Shown one piece after another: positions 28,558-36,701 of a DNA stretch of 64,000 bases. The stretch's first letter is position 1. Each line of letters opens with the position of its first letter. A model generated the notes under the pieces. That model ran no database searches and was not told the DNA's origin. It saw nothing but the letters and a program-made list of their open reading frames with translations. A program made the translations under genes and the position numbers. Source of the DNA: Bacteriovoracia bacterium (GTDB taxonomy: Bacteria > Bdellovibrionota > UBA1018 > JBFWNL01); the NCBI GenBank assembly GCA_050251055.1, contig JBFWNL010000001.1:363825-427824 (forward strand), given 5' to 3'.

Positions 28558-28916
28558 AAAAAAATCTCGCTCTTTGCTTGCTCGGCTTAACTTTGCTTTC
28601 CCTTCCGATCAGTGGAGAAGCTTCGCCGACCCCGAAGGCGGTCGCGCCGGCGGCCGAGTCGGCACCGGGATCCCTAACCGTCGAGCTCGACGGCCTGGTT
28701 TGCTCGTTTTGCGCGCAGGGACTGAGCAAGATCCTAAAGAAGCAGGCCGAGCTAGCAAAGTTCGATATCCAGCTCTCGGCGGGCAAGCTCGTGCTCTGGC
28801 CAAAAAATCCGGCTAAACCTCCGGAGTCCGCCGCCATTCACCAGTGGGTGGAAAAGGCTGGCTTGAAAGTCCGAAGTATCGGTTCGCTGAGTGGCTCGGG
28901 CACCACCTCGCAGTAG
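28554..28916 (+). CDS. Exported heavy-metal-associated (HMA/MerP-like) protein
   Basis: Signal peptide; LDGLVCSFCAQGL (CxxC); VEKAGL. Confidence 0.85.
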   Translation: MKKNLALCLLGLTLLSLPISGEASPTPKAVAPAAESAPGSLTVELDGLVCSFCAQGLSKILKKQAELAKFDIQLSAGKLVLWPKNPAKPPESAAIHQWVEKAGLKVRSIGSLSGSGTTSQ

Positions 28917-28926
28917 ACCGGCCTAG

Positions 28927-29802
28927 CTACGCCACGGCCACCACCGACGGATTTTCCGCCAGCTGAGAAAGCGGAAAGAGCTGGAAGCAGACCTGGTAAA
29001 CCCGGCCCGCTTCTCCACTTTTACGCGCGCCCATGTCCAGCGCCTGGTGCTTCACCGTACGTAGTAATTCGCGCAATGCTTTCACCTGCTCGTCCGTGAG
29101 ATACAGCGTCGCGCCCGAAACTTCACGCTCGCGCTTCGGCACGCGCGAGATGGACTCGCCGGCCAGCCGGATCATCTGACGATGGAATCCCGCGAGCAGC
29201 ACCGACGTGACGTCGTCGCCCGCCGAGATCACCGCCTCGATTTGCTCGAGGCGGCCCGTCTCCGGATTTCGTCGGATCATCTCAAGCTGCATGAGGTGCT
29301 GCAGCGCTTGTTCGGCTTCGGCCGGAGAAATGCGGGGCACGAGCTGATTGGCGATCCAACCCGGATCCTCCTGGAAACCGGCGGAACCAATGAGCTCGCG
29401 GATGACGGCATAATACCAGCGCGAATAGTAATTGATCTGGGTGTCCTTCACCACGTAGATGCCGTTCACGTCGGCCTGCTGGATCAGGCTCTTGGCGAAT
29501 TTCTCGCGCTGGTCGAGCGTCTTTGCCTGATTGAGATGAACGAGATCACGGAAAAAATTTTTTTCCTTCTGATTGAGCTGCAGCGCCTTGAGCACGCCGG
29601 CCAGGCTGTCGGCCGTGAGATTGCGCTCGCCATCGACGACCATCTTGATGAAGCTTGCCGATTTAAAACCACCCAAGCGCGCCATCGAGCGCAGCGAGAA
29701 GCGAGGTTTGGTCTGGCGCATATGCTCGAGGTAGTCCTTTAGAAACGCGCGGTAGTCGGTATAGTTGAAAACCAGCGGACGATTATCTTGCGTCATATTC
29801 AT
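28927..29802 (-). CDS. TIGR02147/DUF4423 family protein with N-terminal HTH-like region
   Basis: FNYTDYRAFLKDY, FSLRSMA...GERNL, YYSRWYYAVIREL, FHRQM, VYQVCFQLFPLS. Confidence 0.9.
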   Translation of the reverse strand: MNMTQDNRPLVFNYTDYRAFLKDYLEHMRQTKPRFSLRSMARLGGFKSASFIKMVVDGERNLTADSLAGVLKALQLNQKEKNFFRDLVHLNQAKTLDQREKFAKSLIQQADVNGIYVVKDTQINYYSRWYYAVIRELIGSAGFQEDPGWIANQLVPRISPAEAEQALQHLMQLEMIRRNPETGRLEQIEAVISAGDDVTSVLLAGFHRQMIRLAGESISRVPKREREVSGATLYLTDEQVKALRELLRTVKHQALDMGARKSGEAGRVYQVCFQLFPLSQLAENPSVVAVA

Positions 29803-29824
29803 GATTTTGCCCCTCTTAATATTT

Positions 29825-30388
29825 TTAGTTTAAAGCCGTGCTCGGGGCCGAGTAGACGCCCTGGCAAGCCGCTGCCACCGAAGCCTTCTGCTTGAAAATT
29901 TCGAAGAACTGCTCCAGTCCCGCGAAGGGATCCTCCGCCTTGGGGTTGTAGGTGTTGCGCACGAACGGGTGCGAGCACTTGAAATCGACCGTATAGAGCA
30001 CGGCGTTTACGCATTGGCGAGCGACCGCGTGGCTGCCCACGATCAACTCCTGGATCTCGCGGTAACCCAAATCCACTAAGCGCTCGCTATAGATAGGACT
30101 GAAGTACTGGCTCACTTTCGGATAGAGCATGATCGCAAAAAGGAAGTCTTCCATCACCAACCCGCGCCCCGCGTGGCAACGCAAGAGAAACTCGGCAAAC
30201 GGCTCGCCCAAACCGTCGTGTGCGACGGTTCCCCGCAAACCGTTCAGCGTGTGTTCTGGATTTCCGCTATCCGTGCTCGTGCGGCCGCCGCCCGACGAGG
30301 CGCTCGAGCCTCCCACCGAAACCCCGCCGCAGCCCGTAGCCGCGAGCATGATCGAACCCCAAACCATTGCCCTCAAAGTCGTCCCCAT
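29825..30388 (-). CDS. Cys-patterned lipoprotein with GNP motif
   Basis: Lipobox ATGC; Gly/Ser linker; TSTDSGNP; immediately upstream of the TIGR02147 gene. Confidence 0.8.
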   Translation of the reverse strand: MGTTLRAMVWGSIMLAATGCGGVSVGGSSASSGGGRTSTDSGNPEHTLNGLRGTVAHDGLGEPFAEFLLRCHAGRGLVMEDFLFAIMLYPKVSQYFSPIYSERLVDLGYREIQELIVGSHAVARQCVNAVLYTVDFKCSHPFVRNTYNPKAEDPFAGLEQFFEIFKQKASVAAACQGVYSAPSTALN

Positions 30389-30508
30389 GCTCACGATTCT
30401 AGGGATACGCGTCCCCTTTCGGCAGTTGCGTCCCCGATGACCACAAGCGGGAAAACCCGCCAAACATTCGGATTAAATAGGGAAAATGGTATACGTGAGA
30501 GGAAGTTT

Positions 30509-30526
30509 GTGTACACAGCTGTACAC
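30509..30526. promoter_or_regulatory. Palindrome GTGTACA-N4-TGTACAC (candidate operator)
   Basis: Perfect 7-bp arms in the intergenic region upstream of the lipoprotein-TIGR02147 pair. Confidence 0.55.
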
Positions 30527-30554
30527 TAGGCCCGATTTTACGCGGGCTCGCGCG

Positions 30555-31340
30555 CTAGAGCTGAAGACCGACGACCCCGCCTAGGGACATCCCGCCGAGC
30601 TTGGTCTCACTCATCGAGCCAGTCACCAGCGCAAGCTCAAGCCGGATAAAAAGCGCCTCGGCACTATATTGGTGTCCGAGCGCGATACCCAGCTGGGACG
30701 CGCTGGCGCTCACGCCGCCAGCCGTGCTCGTGGCCGTAGTCGGGACCGCCGCCGTCACGTTATCCCGAGCCGCCGTCTGGGAAACGCCACTGACGGTACC
30801 GAAGGTGTAAAACGCGGCCAGGCTCGTGAGGTGGTTCTCGCTAATTCGGTAGCCCCCGAGCACCGCAAAGTTCCCCGCGATGATCCGGGTCGAATTGTCC
30901 CCCTCCCGGCCCAGCATGAGGCCGGGGGCGACGAGAACAGCCGCAGAAATGTTGCCCTCCTTGGCCAGTGATTCGGGCTCACCCGCAAACTGATACTTCA
31001 TGCGGATAAACATCGGCGCCGAAGGAGAAAAGCGCACGCCCAGATCCATCTCGTGCATCACCTTGGCGACGAAGCCCACGAACGGCGTAAATCCGCGTTG
31101 GGCATGGTACTCGGCGGTCGCCCCCGCCTCTTCATCCGCCGGTAAATACCCCGGCTCATCGATGAGGTTCGTACTGGTCGACAGGCCCGCGAGTTCTAGG
31201 CGGCCCACCTCGCCCTCCCCACGAACCTCCGGGGTTTCCAGTTGGTTGATAGGTAGGTAGTAGTGGGCGCAACCCGCGCCGAGAAAAAAAAACGGTACGG
31301 TCCCGGACGCGGCGAACCCACGTGCGCCCATTCCCATCAT
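30555..31340 (-). CDS. Hypothetical lipoprotein with beta-barrel-like C-terminus
   Basis: Lipobox GAGC; alternating hydrophobic strands ending GGVVGLQL; start position uncertain. Confidence 0.7.
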   Translation of the reverse strand: MMGMGARGFAASGTVPFFFLGAGCAHYYLPINQLETPEVRGEGEVGRLELAGLSTSTNLIDEPGYLPADEEAGATAEYHAQRGFTPFVGFVAKVMHEMDLGVRFSPSAPMFIRMKYQFAGEPESLAKEGNISAAVLVAPGLMLGREGDNSTRIIAGNFAVLGGYRISENHLTSLAAFYTFGTVSGVSQTAARDNVTAAVPTTATSTAGGVSASASQLGIALGHQYSAEALFIRLELALVTGSMSETKLGGMSLGGVVGLQL

Positions 31341-31421
31341 GCGAAACAAACTCGCGAACACTTTCCCATTTTCCACTTTTTGTTTTCAGTTTTCAGTTTA
31401 ATTCCGATAAGATAATTCAGG

Positions 31422-32711
31422 ATGCGAAACCGCCGCTTCGTCATAATTTTGTCGCTCATTGCCGCCGTAACCACGCTCGTCGGCTGGCGCCAGGGCTGGC
31501 ACGCCTCCCTCTTCCACCGCGCCCCGCTGGTCACGCGCGATCTGATCGCCGCGACCATCGGTACCGCCATCGATTCCAACGAGTATCCGTCGGTGGTGGA
31601 GCTTCAAGTGGGCGACGAGCTCAAGAGCGCGGCCGTGGAATATTCGCTCGATCATCACGCACAAGCCGACATGGAAAAACTTTTCAAGCAGTATCGCCCC
31701 GACTACGGCTCGGTGGTGGCGATGGACGCGACATCCGGACGCGTGCTCGCGATGGTCAATTTCGTGAAGAACGAGCGAGCCCGTGAAGAGCTGGGCAACC
31801 TCGCGCTGCGCGCGACGTTTCCTTCCGCATCCGTCTTCAAAGTCGTGACGGCGGCCGCGGCCATCGACCAAAAGCGGGCGCTTCCGGAAACGGTCATCCC
31901 CTTCAACGGCGCTTCGCACACCCTCTACCGCAAGAACGTGATTCACACGCAGATGAACCGCTGGACCCGACACATGACCCTGCGGGAAGCTTTCGCCAAG
32001 TCCGTCAATACGGTCTTTGGCAAGCTGGGGCTATTCTACGTGGGCCCGGACTGGCTGCAGGAATACGCCAAGCGTTTCGGCTTCAACCAGTCGATTCCCT
32101 CGGACCTGCCCATGCGTAAAGGCCGCAGCACGATCGAGCAAGCGGATCCTTGGAGCCTGGTGCAAGCCGCTTCGGGCTACACGCTCAACAACACGATGAG
32201 CCCGCTCCACGGCGCGCTGATCGCGGCCGCGGTCGTGAACGATGGCGTGATGATGCAACCTTACGTCGTGGACTCACTCAAGGCGCTTTCGGGCGAGCTA
32301 CTTTACCGGCCGACGCCCCAGGTGGCCTCGGTGATCATGGACGCGACGGCATCGGCGAAGCTTCGCGCGCTCATGCGCGAAACCGTCCTACGGGGAACTT
32401 CACGACGCGCCTATCGCTCGCTCATTCGCAATGCGAAGTTCGACGAGATCGAATTCGGCGGCAAGACGGGTTCGCTCACGGGTGAAGACCCCAAGGGCAA
32501 ATGTGATTGGTACGTCGGCTATGGCTCCTACCGCGGCCAGAAGATCGCCGTCTCGGTGCTCACCGTCCACAAGGCTTACTGGACGGTTAAATCGGCCTAC
32601 GTCGCCCGCAAATTCCTCGAAGACTACTTCAGCCGCGACGAAGTCCGTGCCCCCGCTGGCCAACCCACCGACTACGTTCGCCTGCACGCCGAAACCTCGA
32701 ACTACCAGTAA
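31422..32711 (+). CDS. Penicillin-binding transpeptidase-domain protein
   Basis: SxxK (SVFK), SxN (SVN) and KTG motifs; N-terminal membrane anchor. Confidence 0.92.
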   Translation: MRNRRFVIILSLIAAVTTLVGWRQGWHASLFHRAPLVTRDLIAATIGTAIDSNEYPSVVELQVGDELKSAAVEYSLDHHAQADMEKLFKQYRPDYGSVVAMDATSGRVLAMVNFVKNERAREELGNLALRATFPSASVFKVVTAAAAIDQKRALPETVIPFNGASHTLYRKNVIHTQMNRWTRHMTLREAFAKSVNTVFGKLGLFYVGPDWLQEYAKRFGFNQSIPSDLPMRKGRSTIEQADPWSLVQAASGYTLNNTMSPLHGALIAAAVVNDGVMMQPYVVDSLKALSGELLYRPTPQVASVIMDATASAKLRALMRETVLRGTSRRAYRSLIRNAKFDEIEFGGKTGSLTGEDPKGKCDWYVGYGSYRGQKIAVSVLTVHKAYWTVKSAYVARKFLEDYFSRDEVRAPAGQPTDYVRLHAETSNYQ

Positions 32712-32790
32712 TCATTTGAATTTAGGCTTTCCCGGCCCAGCCCGCTTTAGATTTAACGCCCAGCAATAAAGATGTTATACCGCCCTCGCT

Positions 32791-33837
32791 ATGGGCCGTG
32801 TCGGTTTCATCATTAATAGAAGCTGGATCTTAATCGGGTTGCTCGCCTCCGCGAGCGCTTTCGCCACCCCATGCGAGGAGCGGCTCGCGACCTGGGTTAA
32901 AGGCCAAACCCCCGCCGATATCGCGGACGGAAATGAACCCCTTTATCTGCCAGGCACCCGTCCGGAGCGCGCGTTTTTACTCGTGCATGGATTCATGGCC
33001 TCCCCCTTTGAGGTGAAGGAACTGGCCGAGCACTTAAATCGGAATGGTTATACCGTGCTCGCTCCCCTGCTGGACGGATTCGGGGCGGACGCCGACACGG
33101 CGAATCGCGCGAAGTACCCGCAATGGGCGGAAACGTTTCACGCCTATCTCACTCATATCCGCGAATGCTTCCCCCAAGTGGGCGTGGCCGGCTTTTCGCT
33201 CGGGGCGAGCGTCGTGACTTACCAGCTGCAGCGGGAAGCCCCCGAGGCGATCGCCCAAGTCTCGGGCCTGACGCTCGTCGCGCCGGCGTTAGGATTGCGG
33301 AAATTGCTTTCGGCTTCTTCGGGACTGGCGAACGTCGTACGCGACGAGATCAGCGTCGATTGGCTTTTCCGAATGGGTAAACGTTCGGGTAACTACGACC
33401 TAGAGGCCGCGCTCGAATACAAGACGCACTACAATCAGCAGATGCCGCTCGAGGCGCTCGCCCAGCTCAAGGAGCTCAACTCGCAGATCAAGCGCGAACG
33501 CGCGCAGGCAACCCAGCTCGCGGCAATCCCCACGACCGTGCTGTATTCCGAGCACGACCAAACGGTCGTGGCAAAAACCACGCTCGAGCATTACGCCCCT
33601 CACGCAAAGACCCTGTGGGAATGCGCGATCCCCAAGGCGGAAGGCGTGCGCCACCAGATGCTCCTCGGCTTCAAGAATCCTTTGATTGATCACATCTTGG
33701 AGCTCGCGGCTTTTTCACAGGACTTGGGCGCCCAGACCGCCAACCTCGAAGACAAGAAATCCGTGGCCTGGCCGATAGCGAAAGATCGCGGTGCGAGCTT
33801 CTGCCGAAAAATTCCGGCACCTAAGACTCGCCGCTAA
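32791..33837 (+). CDS. Exported alpha/beta hydrolase (carboxylesterase/lipase-like)
   Basis: Signal peptide; LVHGF; nucleophile elbow GFSLG; HDQTV; RH. Confidence 0.88.
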   Translation: MGRVGFIINRSWILIGLLASASAFATPCEERLATWVKGQTPADIADGNEPLYLPGTRPERAFLLVHGFMASPFEVKELAEHLNRNGYTVLAPLLDGFGADADTANRAKYPQWAETFHAYLTHIRECFPQVGVAGFSLGASVVTYQLQREAPEAIAQVSGLTLVAPALGLRKLLSASSGLANVVRDEISVDWLFRMGKRSGNYDLEAALEYKTHYNQQMPLEALAQLKELNSQIKRERAQATQLAAIPTTVLYSEHDQTVVAKTTLEHYAPHAKTLWECAIPKAEGVRHQMLLGFKNPLIDHILELAAFSQDLGAQTANLEDKKSVAWPIAKDRGASFCRKIPAPKTRR

Positions 33838-33857
33838 GCCGTTCGTTTAGGACATTA

Positions 33858-34667
33858 TCAGCGCGAAGCGCTTTGTTCTTGGAGGAACTTCAGGAATTCT
33901 TCCTTGTTTCGGAAAACCTTCACCCCGAGGGCTTCGGCGTTGGGAACTTCCGCCCCGTACATCTCCGGCGCAAAGAGCACCACTTGCTTCTTTTCGGGAT
34001 TGAGAAACTCGGAGTTCCCGTCGGCATTGAGGTACCGCCTCAGCTGGCGACGCTTGCCGATGAAGCGGCCGCCCGGATCCTGCTTGTCCAGGATCATTCC
34101 TCTCATCGTGGTCACCTCCACGATGCAGCACTTGAGCTCGATGTCGATTTCGAACTGCAGGGGTATGTCGATGCCCAGGTTTTTATCTAAAATGCTGGGG
34201 TGGTTGGGATGGGGAACCACTTTGCGAAAACCCACGAATTGATGGGGGGCGGACTCAAGCACCGACGCCGCCACGTCCGCCTCGAGCCAGTGAGGATCGC
34301 CCGGGGGCAAGTTCAAGTCTCTAACGATCTTGTCAATCTCATCGAGGGGAAACCGCGGACCGGGACGCGAGCCCGTCAAACCGCTCCCCAGAATCGCCCT
34401 AGCGTCCTGAGTGGAGAACTGCTCGCGAAGTCGCGAGTACTTCTGCATGAAAAGCAACTGATCGATGTCCTTGAGCACCTCGCGCTGGGCCTCCGTAAGC
34501 GGATGCCCGAGCACTTGCGCCAGCAACGCCGCTCGCGCGGCCTCGTCGATGCTAGGTTGGGTTTCGATCGCGTGGATCATGGCGTCGATCTGGCATTGGA
34601 GCCCGTTGGGCGGGCTCCCCGCCGTATGGCCTGAAGAAATCAGGATGAGAATCAAAGGCAAAGCCAT
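33858..34667 (-). CDS. Exported protein with C-terminal restriction-endonuclease-fold-like domain
   Basis: Signal-like N-terminus; LEADVAA...EIDIE...IVEVT...K..QLRRY pattern. Confidence 0.65.
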   Translation of the reverse strand: MALPLILILISSGHTAGSPPNGLQCQIDAMIHAIETQPSIDEAARAALLAQVLGHPLTEAQREVLKDIDQLLFMQKYSRLREQFSTQDARAILGSGLTGSRPGPRFPLDEIDKIVRDLNLPPGDPHWLEADVAASVLESAPHQFVGFRKVVPHPNHPSILDKNLGIDIPLQFEIDIELKCCIVEVTTMRGMILDKQDPGGRFIGKRRQLRRYLNADGNSEFLNPEKKQVVLFAPEMYGAEVPNAEALGVKVFRNKEEFLKFLQEQSASR

Positions 34668-34740
34668 TCCCTAGCTTATCGGTAAACCCGCCCGCGGAAC
34701 GAATCGAAAAAAGCGGCGGACTTTTGACGCCCGCGGCGGC

Positions 34741-36192
34741 TCAATACCCCGCCACGGCTTCCAATCGACGGCGGCAAGTCTCCCAGGGAAGGATCGCCAG
34801 CAGATCGAACAACCCTGCGCTCACGAGTTTACCCGTAACCGCGAGCCGCATGGGCTCGGCCAAATCCCCCAGCTTCACCCCGTGCTTGGTCCCGATCTCG
34901 CGTAAGGCCTCGTCTACCTTTTGATGGTCGATGCCCGCATCCAGGAGACACGCGGCGGACCCGACTTTTGCGGAAAGCGACGAAATGGCCTCGGCCACCG
35001 CCGCTTGCGTGGGCGCCTTTAGCTCCGGTTTTTTTACCCACTTCAGCTGGGTAGGATCCACCGACGGCACGCGGGATGCGACGAGCGGGGCAAGCAAATC
35101 GGCCATTTCCTTCAGAAGCTTTACCTTGGGTTGCAAGAGCGCCACCAACTTCACGCCCAGCTCCGTATTCAGCTGCGCCAATCCTTCAGGGGAAAACTGG
35201 GCCGAAAAATCCTGCGCCACGATGCCGGCCAAGCGCTTGGGATCGGCCGCGCGGATGTGCGTACCGTTGAGCCACAAAAGCTTCTCGGAATTGAAAACCG
35301 CACCGGCCTTCTGCACGTGATCAAAGTCAAAGAACTGCACGAGTTCGGCGACCGTGAAAACCTCCTGATCGCCGTGGCTCCATCCTAAACGCGCCAGGAA
35401 GTTCAACATCGCCTCCGGCAGATAGCCCTCGCCGCGATAAGCGCTCGCGGCAACCGCGCCGTGGCGCTTGGAAAGCTTCTTCTTGTCCGCGGCCAAAATC
35501 ACCGGCAGGTGACCAAACCGCGGCACGGGATATTTGAAGTAGCGGTAGAGATGGATTTGCTTTGGCGTATTGGTCGTGTGCTCCTCGCCGCGGATCACAT
35601 GGCTCATGCGCATCTCGACGTCATCGACGACGACCGAAAGATTGTAGGTCGGAGCGCCATTCGAACGCACGAGCACGAAGTCGTCCACCTCGTCATTGGC
35701 GATCCGAATCGTTCCGCGAATCAAATCATCCCACTCGACGGCGCCCTCGAGCGGAACCGCGCAGCGGATGACCCAAGGGCCCGCGGGTATTTCCTTCTTG
35801 CCGCGGCAGCGCCGGTCGTACATGGGTTTTTTTCCAGCCTGCATGGCGGCGTTACGCATGGCTTCGACGTCGGCTTCCGTGCAGGTGCAATAATAGGCGT
35901 GACCTTGGGCGACGAGTTCCTTCGCTTTAGAGAGGTAATGGTCCAAGCGACGGCTTTGGTAGAGCGGCTCTTCATCCCAGGTCAGCCCCAGCCACTTCAT
36001 CGAATCCAGGATGTCGTCGGCGTACTTTTGCTCGGATCGCTCCAAATCCGTGTCCTCGATTCGCATCAAAAACTGCCCACCGTGACGACGGGCATAGAGC
36101 CAATTAAAGAGAGCTGAGCGCACTCCCCCGATGTGGAGATAACCCGTGGGCGAGGGTGCAAAACGAAGGCGAACCGCGTTGCTTGAAGCCAT
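34741..36192 (-). CDS. gltX: Glutamate--tRNA ligase
   Basis: RFAPSPTGYLHIGG, RIEDTD and KLSKR motifs. Confidence 0.96.
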   Translation of the reverse strand: MASSNAVRLRFAPSPTGYLHIGGVRSALFNWLYARRHGGQFLMRIEDTDLERSEQKYADDILDSMKWLGLTWDEEPLYQSRRLDHYLSKAKELVAQGHAYYCTCTEADVEAMRNAAMQAGKKPMYDRRCRGKKEIPAGPWVIRCAVPLEGAVEWDDLIRGTIRIANDEVDDFVLVRSNGAPTYNLSVVVDDVEMRMSHVIRGEEHTTNTPKQIHLYRYFKYPVPRFGHLPVILAADKKKLSKRHGAVAASAYRGEGYLPEAMLNFLARLGWSHGDQEVFTVAELVQFFDFDHVQKAGAVFNSEKLLWLNGTHIRAADPKRLAGIVAQDFSAQFSPEGLAQLNTELGVKLVALLQPKVKLLKEMADLLAPLVASRVPSVDPTQLKWVKKPELKAPTQAAVAEAISSLSAKVGSAACLLDAGIDHQKVDEALREIGTKHGVKLGDLAEPMRLAVTGKLVSAGLFDLLAILPWETCRRRLEAVAGY

Positions 36193-36293
36193 ATCCGGGA
36201 GATGTAACAATATTGACGCGCGAGTACAATCAAAAGCTTGATTAATGCTCTCCGCCACGGGACACTCTAGAACGTGGAGGGGGTACTGAAGGA

Positions 36294-36701
36294 ATGAACC
36301 GGATTGGGAGATGCTGCCTCGGCCTATGGGCGACGCTCATCCTGTTCCCCTCGCCTTCCGGCGCCGTCGGCAAAGCCGAACGCATGCATCCTTACCTCCG
36401 AGGCTGCGGCGAATTCCAGGTCACGGGCAAGCTAAAATGCGAGTTCGAGAAGTGCGCGATCACGGTTTATCCCGGTTCCGAGGCGGAAACGAAACTCCTA
36501 GTCGAATCGGATGACCCTGTTTTCGGCTATTACGATCGGTCCACGGTGCAGCTGTCGCTTCGAATCGCACGCCAGGGTAAAACCGCGCACCCGCTCGATC
36601 GACCTCGGCGCAAGGCCCCCGACTTTTCTCCGCGTGCGCTGGTAAAAACAAAGTCCTTGGCTTGCCAGCCCGCGGACGGGTCAGGAGACGAATCCAAATG
36701 A
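36294..36701 (+). CDS. Hypothetical exported Cys-containing protein
   Basis: SD GGAGGGG; signal peptide; ATGA overlap with the next gene. Confidence 0.7.
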   Translation: MNRIGRCCLGLWATLILFPSPSGAVGKAERMHPYLRGCGEFQVTGKLKCEFEKCAITVYPGSEAETKLLVESDDPVFGYYDRSTVQLSLRIARQGKTAHPLDRPRRKAPDFSPRALVKTKSLACQPADGSGDESK

